DNA of 61,602 nucleotides, filler included, from Bonamia ostreae (Eukaryota): NCBI GenBank assembly GCA_040357525.1. It is 10 parts of 10 records of this genome, joined end to end, with 100 filler letters (N's around TTAATTAATTAA, not from the genome) between each part and the next. Parts side by side here need not be neighbours in the genome. Positions count along the whole stretch, not along the records: positions 24,992 to 31,056 come from JBDODL010000145.1; positions 31,157 to 37,203 come from JBDODL010000146.1; positions 37,304 to 43,305 come from JBDODL010000147.1; 7 more parts are not named here. One strand, 5' to 3'. Shown piece by piece: positions 24,992 to 37,592 of this stretch (position 1 is its first letter; each line of letters starts with the position of its first letter). The notes under the pieces were generated by a model. It saw only the letters and a program-made list of their open reading frames with translations, ran no database searches and was not told where the DNA came from. The position numbers and the translations under genes were made by a program.

Positions 24992-25219
24992 AAGATTTTT
25001 AGTCAATAAAGATTTAATCAATCTCTACACTTTCCGTCGTCTTAGCATTTCAACCATTTCAGATAAGATTTTTAGTCAATAAAGATTTAATCAATCTCTA
25101 CACTTTCCGTCGTCTTAGCATTTCAACCATTTCAGATAAGATTTTTAGTCAATAAAGATTTAATCAATCTCTACACTTTCCGTCGTCTTAGCGTTTCAAC
25201 CATTTCCAGATAAGATTTA
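24992..25219. repeat. 73-nt tandem repeat, ~3 copies at contig start
   Basis: Unit starts at 24992, 25065 and 25138. Confidence 0.9.
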
Positions 25220-25289
25220 CTTGAAGTTGCTATCATTTTATTATATCGCTATAAGTCCAACTTCTATAAGCTTAAAACAAAAATGAAAT

Positions 25290-26548
25290 TTAATCTAGAA
25301 TCCGAGCAACGTGATTTCTAACGGGGTCAAAGTAGGGATGCTCGATCGCTTCGTGCGCGAAAAGTCTGTCGGAATGGTCCAAAACGAGCATTTTCTTTAG
25401 AAGATTTAAGGCCTCCGTCGAAACTAAGCGACTGTTGTTCTTGTTCACATATCTGCTCCAATCCGTCGGCGTTGAGCGGGTCAGAACTTGCTCGATTTGT
25501 TTCGACGGCGTTATGTCATATCTCCTTATGTACTGGCTCAATTCAGTTTGACTGAATTTCCTCATTATTTTGGAAAACTGATCGTCGTCGTCGATTCCTT
25601 TGAAAAACGGCTCTTTCTGGAAAATCTTAAATTTCTGTTAAAACCATTCCGGCCATCATGCAGCCCAAAGACCACATGTCCAGTGAGTAGTGATAGTGTC
25701 TATATTGCATCAACAGTTCCGGTGCTTTAAAGAATCTAGTCGAAACCCGGACATTGAACTTGGATGACGTTGTTTAAAAACCTCTTTTCCGGGAAAGTAA
25801 AAATCGGCCAAACCCCAATCGACTAATCGCATTTCAGATGTCCTTGCTTCATATATCACGTTGACGGGCTTTACGTCTCTGTGAACAATCCCGTTTTTGT
25901 GAGTATGGTCTAACGCCTTTTTGATCGATTTAAAAGTTGTCGATACATTTATTGATGTGATCGTATCGACGTAATTACTCGAAAACAAAATTATTGTAAA
26001 TGACTAAAAATTATTGTTGCTAAAATGATTGAGAAGACTTTGAGAAGCTGAAAGAGATAGTTTCGAATTTCCATGTCACCAAAATTTTTGAAGAGAAAAT
26101 GGTAATCGGTGTTCTGGAGGTATTCGAAGATAAGACTCGGCGTTTCTGAACTAAAATCTTTGCAAACGTCTAAAAGCTTCACTATGTTTGGACCACCGCT
26201 CACATTTTGCAGAACTTTGATTTCTCTCTTTTTTAATTTTTGATTTTAAATTTGGTGATTTGAACATTGATTTTTGATTTCCGCACAGGCTTCAAAATTT
26301 TAATGGCGCAAAATTTGTTGTTTTTTACGTTTATTCCCTGAAAAACGTCGCTGTAGCGACCGCGTCCTATCTTCTGTATTATTTGGTAGTCGTCTAACGG
26401 CTATTTTTAAAATGTTCAATACAAGAATAACGCTCCATTCGATCGTCATATTTAGAAAATCAGAGTAATTTGATGGCCGATCGATATTGACATCCGCGTG
26501 ATATCTCGGTTTTAGCCGCGTATTCTCTAAATTCCAGTATTTGTCCAT
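25290..26548 (-). CDS. CSNK2A: Casein kinase II alpha-like; introns 26401-26431, 26228-26265, 25917-26038, 25759-25781, 25626-25644
   Basis: [87 protein letters not shown]. Confidence 0.93.
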
Positions 26549-26584
26549 TTGAACAATTTAAAGCTAATTTGCTAAAACAAAAAT

Positions 26585-27604
26585 CTATTTAATTTGCTTT
26601 ATCTGCCCAATCTTTCGTTTTCGGTAATATTTGCTTTGCTTAAACGTCTTTTGTTTCTTTTCGTCTTTCGATTTTGACTGTTCGTCTTCGCTCCAAATTG
26701 GGTGCGTGTGCAAAGCTTCGACGTTTTTGGCTGTTTTCCAAGACGTTCTTACGAATTTTGGGAATCCGTTCATCGGGTGGAAAGCCGTTTTTAAGAACTT
26801 CCTTGTTTTCGGGTCTTTTAATGTTTTCCAATTTTTGCAAATTTTAATGGTCGCTTTTAATGCTTTTTGTAAAACGAAATGAAAAGTGGAGAGATTTGAT
26901 CAAACGAAAACGAAAACGAAAATGAACAATGAAACTGAAAAATGGACAGAGCTGAACAATAATATTTTTAAATCCAAAAGCGAAAAATCTTTAAATCCAA
27001 ATTGGAAAACCGTTTGTGTATCCCGAGCCAACATCGACACTGATTTTCAGTCTTTTTAGAGTTCGTTTGAGACTTTCATCCCTGGAAACTTTGGCGCATA
27101 TAGACGCCGCCGAAACAATGGGGTAAATGCTATCCGCTTTTTGTTTCACACAAAAATCGATTTGAGGAAATTTTGTCTTTAAAGCTTTTTGGTGTTTTAA
27201 TTCGGGACCAACTGTGTCCACGAAAATTTTTGTAACATTGAAGCCGCTTTCCAGCGCTTTTTCTATGCACTTGAAAGTGCTTTGTCTAGCGATGACGTTG
27301 AGATTTTTCGCTTTTCTTCGATAATTGATGCAAACCTTCTGTTCATCATTTTTGAAATAAAAAGGGCACTTGCGCTGTGCACGAAGAAATGCAGAAAATC
27401 AGATTTTTTAATGATTTTGAAGAAAGAGTTTCTACTCTTTGCAGACAGAGTTTTTGAATCATTGAAGCCTTCTTTGGCCACTAGTTCGATATCACCTTTT
27501 TTTGCCAAGCAAATGCAATAGACCATTGGCCCCAAAACTGGGCCTCTGCCAGCTTCGTCGATTCCTGCTATGTATTCTGCATTTTCAGATCGCACACTTT
27601 CCAT
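26585..27604 (-). CDS. RNASEH2A: Ribonuclease H2 catalytic subunit A (introns 27316-27335, 26815-27010)
   Basis: GIDEAGRGPVLGPMVY, DSK, VDTVG, KADS..VSAASICAKVSRD, GSGYTN|DPKT, VRTSWKT. Confidence 0.95.
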
Positions 27605-28606
27605 TTTAGCAATTCGCTTTTTAAGTTTTGAGTATTAAAGATTTTTCACAGTTTGCGGAAGATTTTTCTTTTATTTTTTACTGCAATTTTCGAATATCAA
27701 TAAAAAGAGATTATTATGAACTTCCAAAATCATTTCTGATAAAAATTTTGATTTTTAATTGTTTGTTAATATAACAAATATCGATCATTTATTATATAGC
27801 AACGCGATATAATAGAACGTGTCGCGAAATTAGAGGAATGTTGAGAATTCTGTGTTTTGTTTTGATATTTGTTAGTTCAACGGAATCTCTTTCAGGTAAA
27901 ACATTGGATTACAGTTTTAAAAACAATTTCCTTTGTTCGTCTTTAGACGTTTTAAAAATAAACTAAATTAGGGACCTGATTGTGTCTTTTTGAGTCAAAA
28001 CGAAAAAATTTCAAAGGAGGACAGTTTTCAGATCGTCTTGTTGTACTAAAAGAGATTTTTGTAATAAATAGTTCAAATAAACGAGATTTTCTAGTTTGTG
28101 CAAAAAAGCATAAATCATTTTGTAAATATTTCGCAAATTCTACAAAATGCTCAACTTTTGTGTTCTAAAGCAAATATTTACCGTTATCTTCCCGCAAACT
28201 CTTTATAGAAGATTTTTTAAATTGATTTAAAGCAAATCGCCCGTTTTGAATCTTGTTATATCTATCTGTTCATTTTTTTAATTAAATTCAAATTTCTTCG
28301 CTCTTTATAGCGGGAAGACTTCTATGAGAAGATTTTTTACCGTATTTCAAATTTAAATTTGGCCTTTATTTTTATCTTTTTTTAACTATTTTTTTATATT
28401 TTCTTTATCCTTTCATTTTTTAAATGAATTGTTTTTAATTTTTATGTTCTATAGTTTCTTCAATTATTCATTTTTTTAATTGCAATACTTTTAATCTTGT
28501 TTGGTGCAAAATTTAAGTTTTTAAAGGGACATAATTTTTAATACTTTTTGGAAATAAATTTTCATAAATGTTGTAAAAATGGAAAATTATTTTTTATTTA
28601 AAATCA

Positions 28607-29372
28607 TTATATTTTGTCCTTTTGCTTTAAGAAATAGCGCTTTCCAGTAATCTTCAATTCCATTTTTTCAACATCACTCTTTTTATAAAAAGATCTAGCC
28701 CATTTTTTAAAATTCGCCTTATCACAAATAGCTCCCGGCAAAAAATTCATCGAATCAAACAATTTTTTCGATTCCGCCTCAATTTTCGAATTTTCGTTGA
28801 TTTTCGCATTTTCGTCGATTTTCTTGTTTTGATCTAATTTTGAATTTTGGTTAATTTTAATCAAATTTTGTTTTAAATTTTGGCGCTCGATCATTTTTTC
28901 ATAATCTGTTTGCGGAGCTTTGTTAATTGAAACGAGAAAATTTTTTATCTCTTCGCATATATTGAAAACGCAGACAGAACATTTATTCTCATTTTTCTAT
29001 AAAATTTTGATTTTGACTACATTCAAAAATGGAAAATTAAATTTTTTTTAAAAATTACAATTTTATTCACAATTTTTTCGATTTTCACCAAATTTTCTTC
29101 TTCGATATTCAAAGACGATTTAATAGAAGAAAAAGGTGATTCCTCGGGATATTTCGAGGGGAAAACAATCTTTAGCGTCAATGAGACTTTTATTATGCGG
29201 ATTAAACCATGAGAATCTTCTTCTTGAACAGATAACGGTAAAAGTTTAATATCGAAAGAGATTGGACTAGTTCCAGTCAATTCAAATTCTTCGAAATAAA
29301 TCGACTTCAGAACTTCAATTTCTTGTTTTTGTTCTCCTTCAAAGTCTTTTTATAATTGGACAAAAAACCCAT
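28607..29372 (-). CDS. RWDD1: RWD domain protein (RWDD1/Gir2-like); first intron 29346-29368
   Basis: MDFEGEQKQEIEVLKSIY, FPSKYPEESP, NFKKW...ITGKRYF. Confidence 0.8.
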
Positions 29373-29496
29373 TTTTGCAATTGATAAAAATCTGTCTAAT
29401 TTTTCAAAATTATATTGGTGATTGTTAAAATTTCTTTTTTCGATTTAAAATGGTGGAACATTTTAATAAATTAGACAATTTTTCATTTTATATTTT

Positions 29497-30806
29497 CAGG
29501 TGAAACGAAACAATGTTTTCGAAGATTTTATCTAAAAATTTTGTGGTCGTTTGTATCGCCGATATTTTAAGATTTATTAAAGGAAAAAATTGTTTTGAAA
29601 ACAAAAAATTTTAAAATTCTCAAAATTGTCTTTTTAAGACATTTCTTCTGCAAATAGAGACAACTTTAACTTCGAAAAAGCGTCGCTGTCATCCCTTGTT
29701 TTCTCAATCATCGAAATACTCTTCAAATAATCAATTTGATATTTTAGGAGTTGGCCTTCGGACATACTGCCAGCTCGAAAAAGTCCGATTGGATTTAAAA
29801 AAGAAGTTTTGTTCATCGAAATCAGCTGTTGCAGATTCAAAGTTGAATCGTCTGTCTTTGCAACTTTAACGCATTTCGATATAGTTTTTCTTAATATTTT
29901 TGGAAAAGAATCCGATTCTAGCTTTAAGAAATTTCGGGAATGCGGATAAGCGATGTTTTGCATTCCAAAGTTTTGGCTTAAACAAAAACAAAATTTTTTG
30001 TAAAATGATAAATTTTTGCCCAATTTTACCCATTTTGACACGATTTTATCAAAATGGCGCGAGTTTAAAAGTGATTTTACCGCTTTTTGCTCAATTTTGC
30101 TCAAATTGTTTTGTTCTAACGTGTTTTGGACAAACTTTAAATAATTTTGTAAAAACTGCCCCGACTTGTTTTTTGCTGTACTTTGCCGAAATCACGATCG
30201 TCTTAAAATTCGAAAACCGCGATCGCGTTCTTTTTTCCATCAAACTCGTACAATCGATCGCTCTGCTTGTGCATATTATCGTTATTTTCTTAAATTAAAA
30301 TTTTCATTTTTTGAAACTTTGGACAAAGAAGTTTGCAAAAAATCGAAGAGCGAATAGATGAAAGAATTTTTTGCGTTTTGCTTTAAAAATAAGTCTAAAT
30401 GGTCGATAATCTTAGCTTTTACAAAAATAACCAGAATCAAATGTTTTTTCTGTTTTTGTAGTTCATTTAAAAGCTCTTTATCAAAATTGTTTTTCGATAA
30501 AGATTTTAACAGTTTTCTAAATTTTATAATATTTGAAAATTACGATTTCGCCGTTTCTTCGTCGTCAAAAATAAATCCGTTAATTTTTATCTCAAATTTA
30601 AATTTTTAAAACTTTCAAATCGTTTCTGTTCAAATTTTGAATAGCTTTATCAATACAATAAGACTTCCCACATTTCGGAGGTCCCATTACTAAAATCAAA
30701 TTTTGTGCCTTTCTTGTTGATAGCGCTTCTTCGATTTCTTTAACAGTTTTTTCCTAAATATGGTTAATTGTTTTTTTGTATTATTAAAACATTGATATCC
30801 GCCATT
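29497..30806 (-). CDS. ORC4: Origin recognition complex subunit 4-like AAA+ protein (3' end approximate)
   Basis: Walker A LILVMGPPKCGKS; NSFIYSLFD and DCTSLMEKRTRSRFS correspond to ORC4 QTLLYNLFD and LEKRVKSRFS. Confidence 0.75.
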
Positions 30807-31156
30807 TTCAGAGAATAAGATTTATTTATTATATTGAAATTTTGATTATTTATGTTTGTTTATTTTTTTATAATTTTTAATTTATTTAATTTTATTCTTG
30901 ATTGTGATTTAATATACGTTTTGTTTTATATTTTTTCTTATTATTTTATTTTTGGTTTTTTATTTTTTTATTATATATGATTTTTTTATTTTTTTTTATA
31001 CTTTTTATTTAATAATTGTTTAGATTGTTTTAGACTTATATTTTATTTTTAATACTNNNNNNNNNNNNNNNNNNNNNNNNNNNNNNNNNNNNNNNNNNNN
31101 TTAATTAATTAANNNNNNNNNNNNNNNNNNNNNNNNNNNNNNNNNNNNNNNNNNNN

Positions 31157-31361
31157 AATTGAGAAATAAAGTGCAATTTGGAAAACATCTTTTTAACAAA
31201 TTGTTAAAATCCAATTTTGTAATTTTTCGCAAATTGAGAAATAAAGTGCAATTTGGAAAACATCTTTTTAACAAATTGTTAAAATCCAATTTTGTAATTT
31301 TTCGCAAATTGAGAAATAAAGTGCAATTTGGAAAACATCTTTTTAACAAATTGTTAAAATC
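31157..31361. repeat. 75-nt tandem repeat (~2.7 copies), probably within a citrate synthase intron
   Basis: Unit starts at 31157, 31232 and 31307, ending just before an AAAAAG acceptor at 31379. Confidence 0.85.
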
Positions 31362-31379
31362 AAATTCTCAATTAAAAAG

Positions 31380-32409
31380 CGCTATTCTCTCAATGTCGCC
31401 ATACAGCAAATTCAGAAAAGCATACTTTGAAAGAGCACCTAAAACAGATTTGTGGTACTACGCGTTCGAAGACGCCATGGACATGATAGCCCGCACTCCT
31501 TTGATCGCCGCGAGAATATATCGCAACTTGTACCAGTTTCCAGATTTTAACAAAAAGCGGCGGAAAACAGATCGAAAACGTGAAAAGCGAAGACATTTCT
31601 GGAAACTTTGCGCGTTTGCTCGGTTTCGACAAATTTGAAGTCGACGAGTTAATGAGGCTGTACATGACCATTCATTCTGACCACGAGGGCGGCAACGTCT
31701 CTTCTCACACCGCCCATCTTGTGGGGAGTGCTATGAGCGATCCTTATTTGGCGTTTTCCGCTTCAATCAACGGGCTGGCCGGGCCATTGCACGGTCTTGC
31801 TAACCAGGAAGGTTTTTAAGCCATTTTAAAGTTTTGACGTTTCTGAAATCGCTCGACAAAAAGTTTCCGGGAGAAGAACTGACCATAAAAAATCTTTCGA
31901 AAGAAATAAAGGCCACTCTCGATAAGGGACAACTTGTTCCGGGATTTGGCCATGCCGTTTTAAGAGTGACAGATCCCAGATATACCCTCCAAAGTGAATT
32001 TGCGAGAATTTACTTGGACAAAAATGATCGCCTTTACAAAGTTTTTTTGGATGATTTTTTGCAATATTTAGTTCTCTCAATTTTTAGTTCTAAAAATTCG
32101 GGAAAATGGTAAATTTAAAAAAGTGGAAATGCTTAAAATTTAAAAAAGATTGTAAAAATTTTGAATGAATTGGTTCCGAGCATTCTAAAGGGCTTCAAAA
32201 AAATTCAAAATCCTTATAACAACGTCGACGGCCACAGCGGAACGATTTTGAATTACTTTGGTTTGACACAATCCAATTTTTATACCGTTTTATTCGCGGT
32301 TTCGCGGTGTATTGGGGTCAATTGCAATTTGATAATTTCGCGAATTTACGGATTGCCGATTGAGCGTCCCAAAAGTGCTACAACAAAATGGATTGCAGAG
32401 AACATCTAG
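31380..32409 (+). CDS. CS: Mitochondrial citrate synthase, C-terminal part (introns 31536-31557, 31812-31831, 32041-32148)
   Basis: [65 protein letters not shown]. Confidence 0.96.
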
Positions 32410-32597
32410 TAAATTGGATATTCTTTAATTTAAAGTATTTTTAGTCGAAAAAATTGTCAAAATGTAAAGTATTTTTAGTCGAAAAAATTTTTTTAGTTGA
32501 AAAAAATTGTCAAAATGTAAAATATTTTTATTTGAACGTGATAATTTTAAACTTCGCAAATATAAAAATTAAGCCAAAGATATAAAATTTTTGAAAA

Positions 32598-34662
32598 ATG
32601 GGTAAAAAAATTAAAAATATCGAAAAAAATAAATTGATTCCGTTAGGAACAACAATAGCCATTCGGCAAAATCGTTATCAACTCGTCGAACAAATTTTTA
32701 ACCACGCAAAATCCCCAAAACCAAAAATGAAGAAAAAATTTAACAAAGATTTTTCCGACAAACTAATTAAATCTATTTCCAACAAAAATCTAATTTTTTT
32801 GAAAAACTTGGCCCCGACAAAAATTAAAAAAGTCTCTTCGACACAAATTGCGAAATTTAAAAATTTGAGTCTCAAATCTTCTGATTCGAAAGAAGAACAA
32901 ATGCGCATCTGTCTTTATAAAAAGGATTACAAGAACTTTTTGGGGCAATATCAGTACTCAAAAAGACCTTTTGGCGCTGGCGGGTTTGGAAAAGTGTGGA
33001 AAGCGAAAAAGATTATCGGCATTAAAAGTTTGGCTTTTTAGTAAATTGTCAAACTGCAAAAATATTTTCATTCGCAATTTTATTGCCATTTGGCAAAATC
33101 ATTTTCTATTTTTCCAATTTTTTGTATTCAATTTTTCCGATTTTTTGTGTTCAATTTTTCCGATTTTTTGTAATCAATTTTTGTTTTTACGATTTTGTAT
33201 TTCAATTTTTGTATTCAATTTTTGTTTTTCCGATATTTTATTTCAATTTTTGTAATCAATTTTTTTAATTCTTTTTTTTTCAAATTTTTCTAAAATTTTT
33301 CCGATTTTTTGTATTCAATTTTGTATTCAACAATTAATAAAAGATGGTGAAAACAAGTACGACAAAAACGATTACGTTCTGAAAAGAATCGATTATTTCA
33401 ACAATTCCGAAAACTGGTTTTCCGCGAAAAGAGAAGTGCATTTCGGGCAAAAGTTGTCTGGCGAAAAGCACATCTCGCGATACGTCGAAAGTTTTGATGA
33501 CTCCGAACACAAAATATTCTGGCTCGTCTTCTTCCACGAGGGCGTCTCCATTCAAGCCAAGCTCTACACTTTGGACGCAAATCGGTTCGTCCCCTCCAAA
33601 AACTGGACCGAAATGAAGCAAAACGACAGTCTCGTCTTCCTCGTCAGAGCTCTCTCGACACAGCTCTTGGAAGCCATCGAGTGTTGCCACAGAAAGGGGG
33701 TGCTTCATCGAGACCTGAAACCGAGCAATATTCTGGTCGACAAATCGGGCGTGCTACGGATATCCGATTTTGGCGGCGCCGTCGATGCGACGGCGACCGA
33801 ACTGTACGATTCAAACGGACCGTCGAAGGAAAGCGTTAGCGACGAATATTCTCCCCCGGAAGTGTTCTTTGACGATGTACCATTCGATGCAGCGGATCCA
33901 GCGGCCTACGACATGTGGTCGCTCGGTGTTGTGATATTGGAATTGCTGCTGGGCACATCCGACGTGTTCAAAGTTTTAGAGTTTTTAAAAAAGTTGTCGC
34001 CGAGAGAAGAAGCGATTCTGAAGAACAAAGTTTCGTTTGAAAGCGATGACGATATCGAAAAGGCGCTGAAATTGGGGGCGTTTGCTGAATATGGAATATA
34101 TCCTCCGAAAGAACTAGTTTTGTCTGGAAAGTGGGACAAATCGCTGATTCTCCCGCGAAAAGTTTTAGTGAATTGAAAATTTTTTTGGAGTTAATTTTGG
34201 TTCGACAAAATTTTGGAGTAAATTTAATAAAAGATTATCATTTAAAAATGCCAATTTAAAAATGCCAATTTAAAAATGTCAATTTAAAAATGTCAATTTT
34301 GGAGTAAATTTTTCGCAATCAAAAATTTGGCAATTTTTCGTTCGACAAAATTTATAAAAAAGAAAATTGAATTAGTTTTTGGGAAAAAGCTAAAAGATTT
34401 GGATCCCTTTTCAAAGGGATTGAACGATGTTTGGGGCATAAAATTTTTGCTGGTTTATTTTTTAAAATAACAGAACTTATTACAATGGTACGCGAAAGAC
34501 AGAATGAGTGCTTCAAAAGCGTTATCTCACTCGTTTTTGAACAATGGCCCTTTTTGCTGTGATATATGTCAAGCTATTTTCGAGTTCCAAAGCGATTTTT
34601 CACATCACAAAATAACGCATTTTGAATATTCGAAAGATCAGAAAAAACTGAAAATTAAATAA
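32598..34662 (+). CDS. Ser/Thr protein kinase (resembles plant At3g63330-type kinase domain) with C-terminal C2H2 finger; 4 introns
   Basis: FGAGGFGKVW, YVLKRI, HISRYVESF..WLVFFHEG, HRDLKPSN, SDFG, YSPPE, DMWSLG; CDIC..F..H..TH. Confidence 0.88.
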
Positions 34663-34854
34663 TTTTCTCATTTTTACAAATTTTTACAATGTTCTTTGTT
34701 TTCACCCGTTCGCATTCGTAAAATTTTCAAATTTTGACTTTGAAATAAAGAAAATTATTCTCAAATTTCTGATTTGTTTATTAGATTATTTGTTGTCACC
34801 ATTTCACTAATTGTCGTAAATATTAATTTCAGTAAATCCAATTTTACTAAAGCA

Positions 34855-36408
34855 ATGAAAATTAATGCTATTTTTGTAATCTTTGGGATATTGCTGGAGG
34901 TAGTGAAAACTAGAAGCATCTTTTATTTTTGCAGAAGAGATCGAATCGACTTTAACAAAACAGAGGTTGTCATGCCGACTAGATATGGGCGAGCGGGAGA
35001 GCCATATCGATTATTTGTTTTTGTCAAAGTTTTAAATTTGCACTTTTTAATATTTTTATTGCTTTTTTTCCGTGTTTATTCTCGGTCAATTTTTTAAATT
35101 AATTTTCATTTTGCATCTTTTGAAACAACTGTAAAAAGGATTTATGTGGAGACAACATCTATACAAACGAAAACATAATAAAAATATTTTCCATCGAAAG
35201 TTATTTAACTAAAAGCGATCTAAAAATTCCCCCTGAAATAAATCAAGACAACTATGGCAAAATTCAAATATCCTTTTTGGTAACGGAATTTGGCGAATAC
35301 ACTCTTTCAATGCATTCCAAAGTTGCCAATCTGACCATTCCTTTTTCTATCGTTGTCATTTTTTCAAGTTTCAGCCATCTACTTTTTATATTCTCTTAAA
35401 TTTCTGAAGTAATTTTATCATTTTTGCCATTTTTGGATAAAGACAGATTTTGCACAAGATTTCGTTTAATTAAAATTTGAAAAGGCGAAAGAGTCGACGC
35501 GAAAAAATCATTTTTGATAGACAAAATCGCGCACATACAAACCAGAGAAGAATCAAAAAATAAAACAGATTTCAGAATATTGTTGTTGGACAGATACAAC
35601 AATGTGCACAGCCCTCGCTCTTGTTCGAAATTAGAACTTTTGGTTCCAGAAAATGCTTCGGGGTGCATTTTCGCTTCGGAAGAAGGAGACTTCACCTGCG
35701 GCGTCGAAATTGTGACGACAAAAGCTGGAATACATTTATTGACGCTTCTCTTGAAAAACGGCCCTCATTTTGAGGAGATTGGGCGTGCGAGGGTCGTTGT
35801 GAATACGGAAAGAATCGATTTGGACAGATCTTCTGTCCAATTGGTGGAAGCAAGACCTGGTCTGATCAACTTCCGAGTGAATTTGTTCGACAAGTTTTGC
35901 CAAATTTGATATTTTCGTTAAAAAGTATATAATTTTCAGAAGACATTTAAATCGTTAAAAAGTATATACAAATTGTTGTTTGAAAAGATAATTTTGATAA
36001 AGATACGGAAATTACGTAGATTACCCTCCAAATTTTCAACACGTAATTTTAGAGTACTGTGATCGATATTTTCATACTGGAATGCCAATTCTGTGGATGT
36101 CGAACAAAATTTTTAATTTGAACCATGTTTTAAAGTTCGGGGACAAGGACTGTGTCGAGAGAAGGGTTGAATTGACCGTCTACAACAAGGAAACCATGGA
36201 AATTCAGTTTTTTAAAGAAATTCAGTTGAATCTGACAAAATTGAGCGAAAGAGACGAATTTATTAACACTACGTCAATTCTGAAAACTTACAGATCGTCT
36301 TTCGATTCGGAAAAGTGTAGATATTTCAAGCAGAACCAGTTTGGAGAATGGTTTTTGCATAGATATTTTGCAACATTAAATTCAAAGGGTGTTTACAACC
36401 GATTATAG
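34855..36408 (+). CDS. Hypothetical secreted protein, possibly filamin/Ig-like beta-sandwich repeats; multi-exon
   Basis: Signal-peptide-like MKINAIFVIFGILL; same-strand ORF chain separated by GTTT...AG introns. Confidence 0.5.
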
Positions 36409-36856
36409 AAAAGCGAAGTATCTGTGACATATTTTTTGTTATAAAAATTTTATTTTTGGTGTCTTTTATTTATTGCGAACATAAATTTTAATATAATTGC
36501 TGAAATTGTGAAAATGGAAATAAAAGGGATAACGAAAAAAATTAAAGTAGTTAATAAAGTTGGAAAGAAGTTCATGAAAAAGATAAGTGGCCAAAGAATA
36601 TTAAAAGAAAAAAAATTAACGCGGAAGAACTGAAACGATGAAAAACAAAAATTATGAAATTGAAACGAAATTTTGACAAAATGGTCAAAAATTTGACAAA
36701 AAATTTTAATTATCGATTGACAAAATTTGATTTATTGTTTAAAAATCGACAAAATATGATAAAAAATGTCAAAATTTGAATAAATGTTTAAAAATTTGAA
36801 AAAAAACAAAAATTATCGAAAAAGTGCTGAAAAAAATGAAAGAACAAGTTTTTTAA

Positions 36857-37203
36857 TCACTTGTTGGCCTTTTTAGATTTGGAACTTTCTTTTTTCTTCA
36901 AACTCGGATTCGTTTTATTTTTTGATAAAGTGACCGTCGATTTGCGAAGATTGTTTTTGATAATGAAAAAATTTTGACTTTTAATCGATTGCGTTAGCAC
37001 TGTCGGCAGCATTTTGCCGTATTTTTTAGATTTGTTTTTCAGCGAGTTCGGGGGCAGATAGAGAATGTTCAGAACCATTTTCCCTACTTTGCGGTAGCCG
37101 GAATTACCAACATTGGAAAATTTCAAAACGTCGACTTGATAGTTTTTGACTGAATAGCCATTTTTTTCGATTAGAAGAAGAAGGTTGATGGAGCATTGTC
37201 CAA
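36857..37203 (-). CDS. 3' fragment of hypothetical protein (contig end)
   Basis: Open frame from the contig edge to TGA at 36857. Confidence 0.45.
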
Positions 37204-37303
37204 NNNNNNNNNNNNNNNNNNNNNNNNNNNNNNNNNNNNNNNNNNNNTTAATTAATTAANNNNNNNNNNNNNNNNNNNNNNNNNNNNNNNNNNNNNNNNN
37301 NNN

Positions 37304-37590
37304 TATTTTATTAGAAAAAATAGTCAAAATTTTGTTTTTCAAATAGAAAAAATTGTTAAATTTTGTTTATTTTATTAGAAAAAATAGTCAAAATTTTGTT
37401 TTTCAAATAGAAAAAATTGTTAAATTTTGTTTATTTTATTAGAAAAAATAGTCAAAATTTTGTTTTTCAAATAGAAAAAATTGTTAAATTTTGTTTATTT
37501 TATTAGAAAAAATAGTCAAAATTTTGTTTTTCAAATAGAAAAAATTGTTATAATTTTGTTTTTCAAATAGAAAAAATTGTCAAAATTGTT
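37304..37590. repeat. 64-nt tandem repeat (two ~32-nt subunits), ~4.5 copies, in an intron of the Bro1 gene
   Basis: attagaaaaa recurs at 37310, 37374, 37438, 37502. Confidence 0.9.
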
Positions 37591-37592
37591 TT

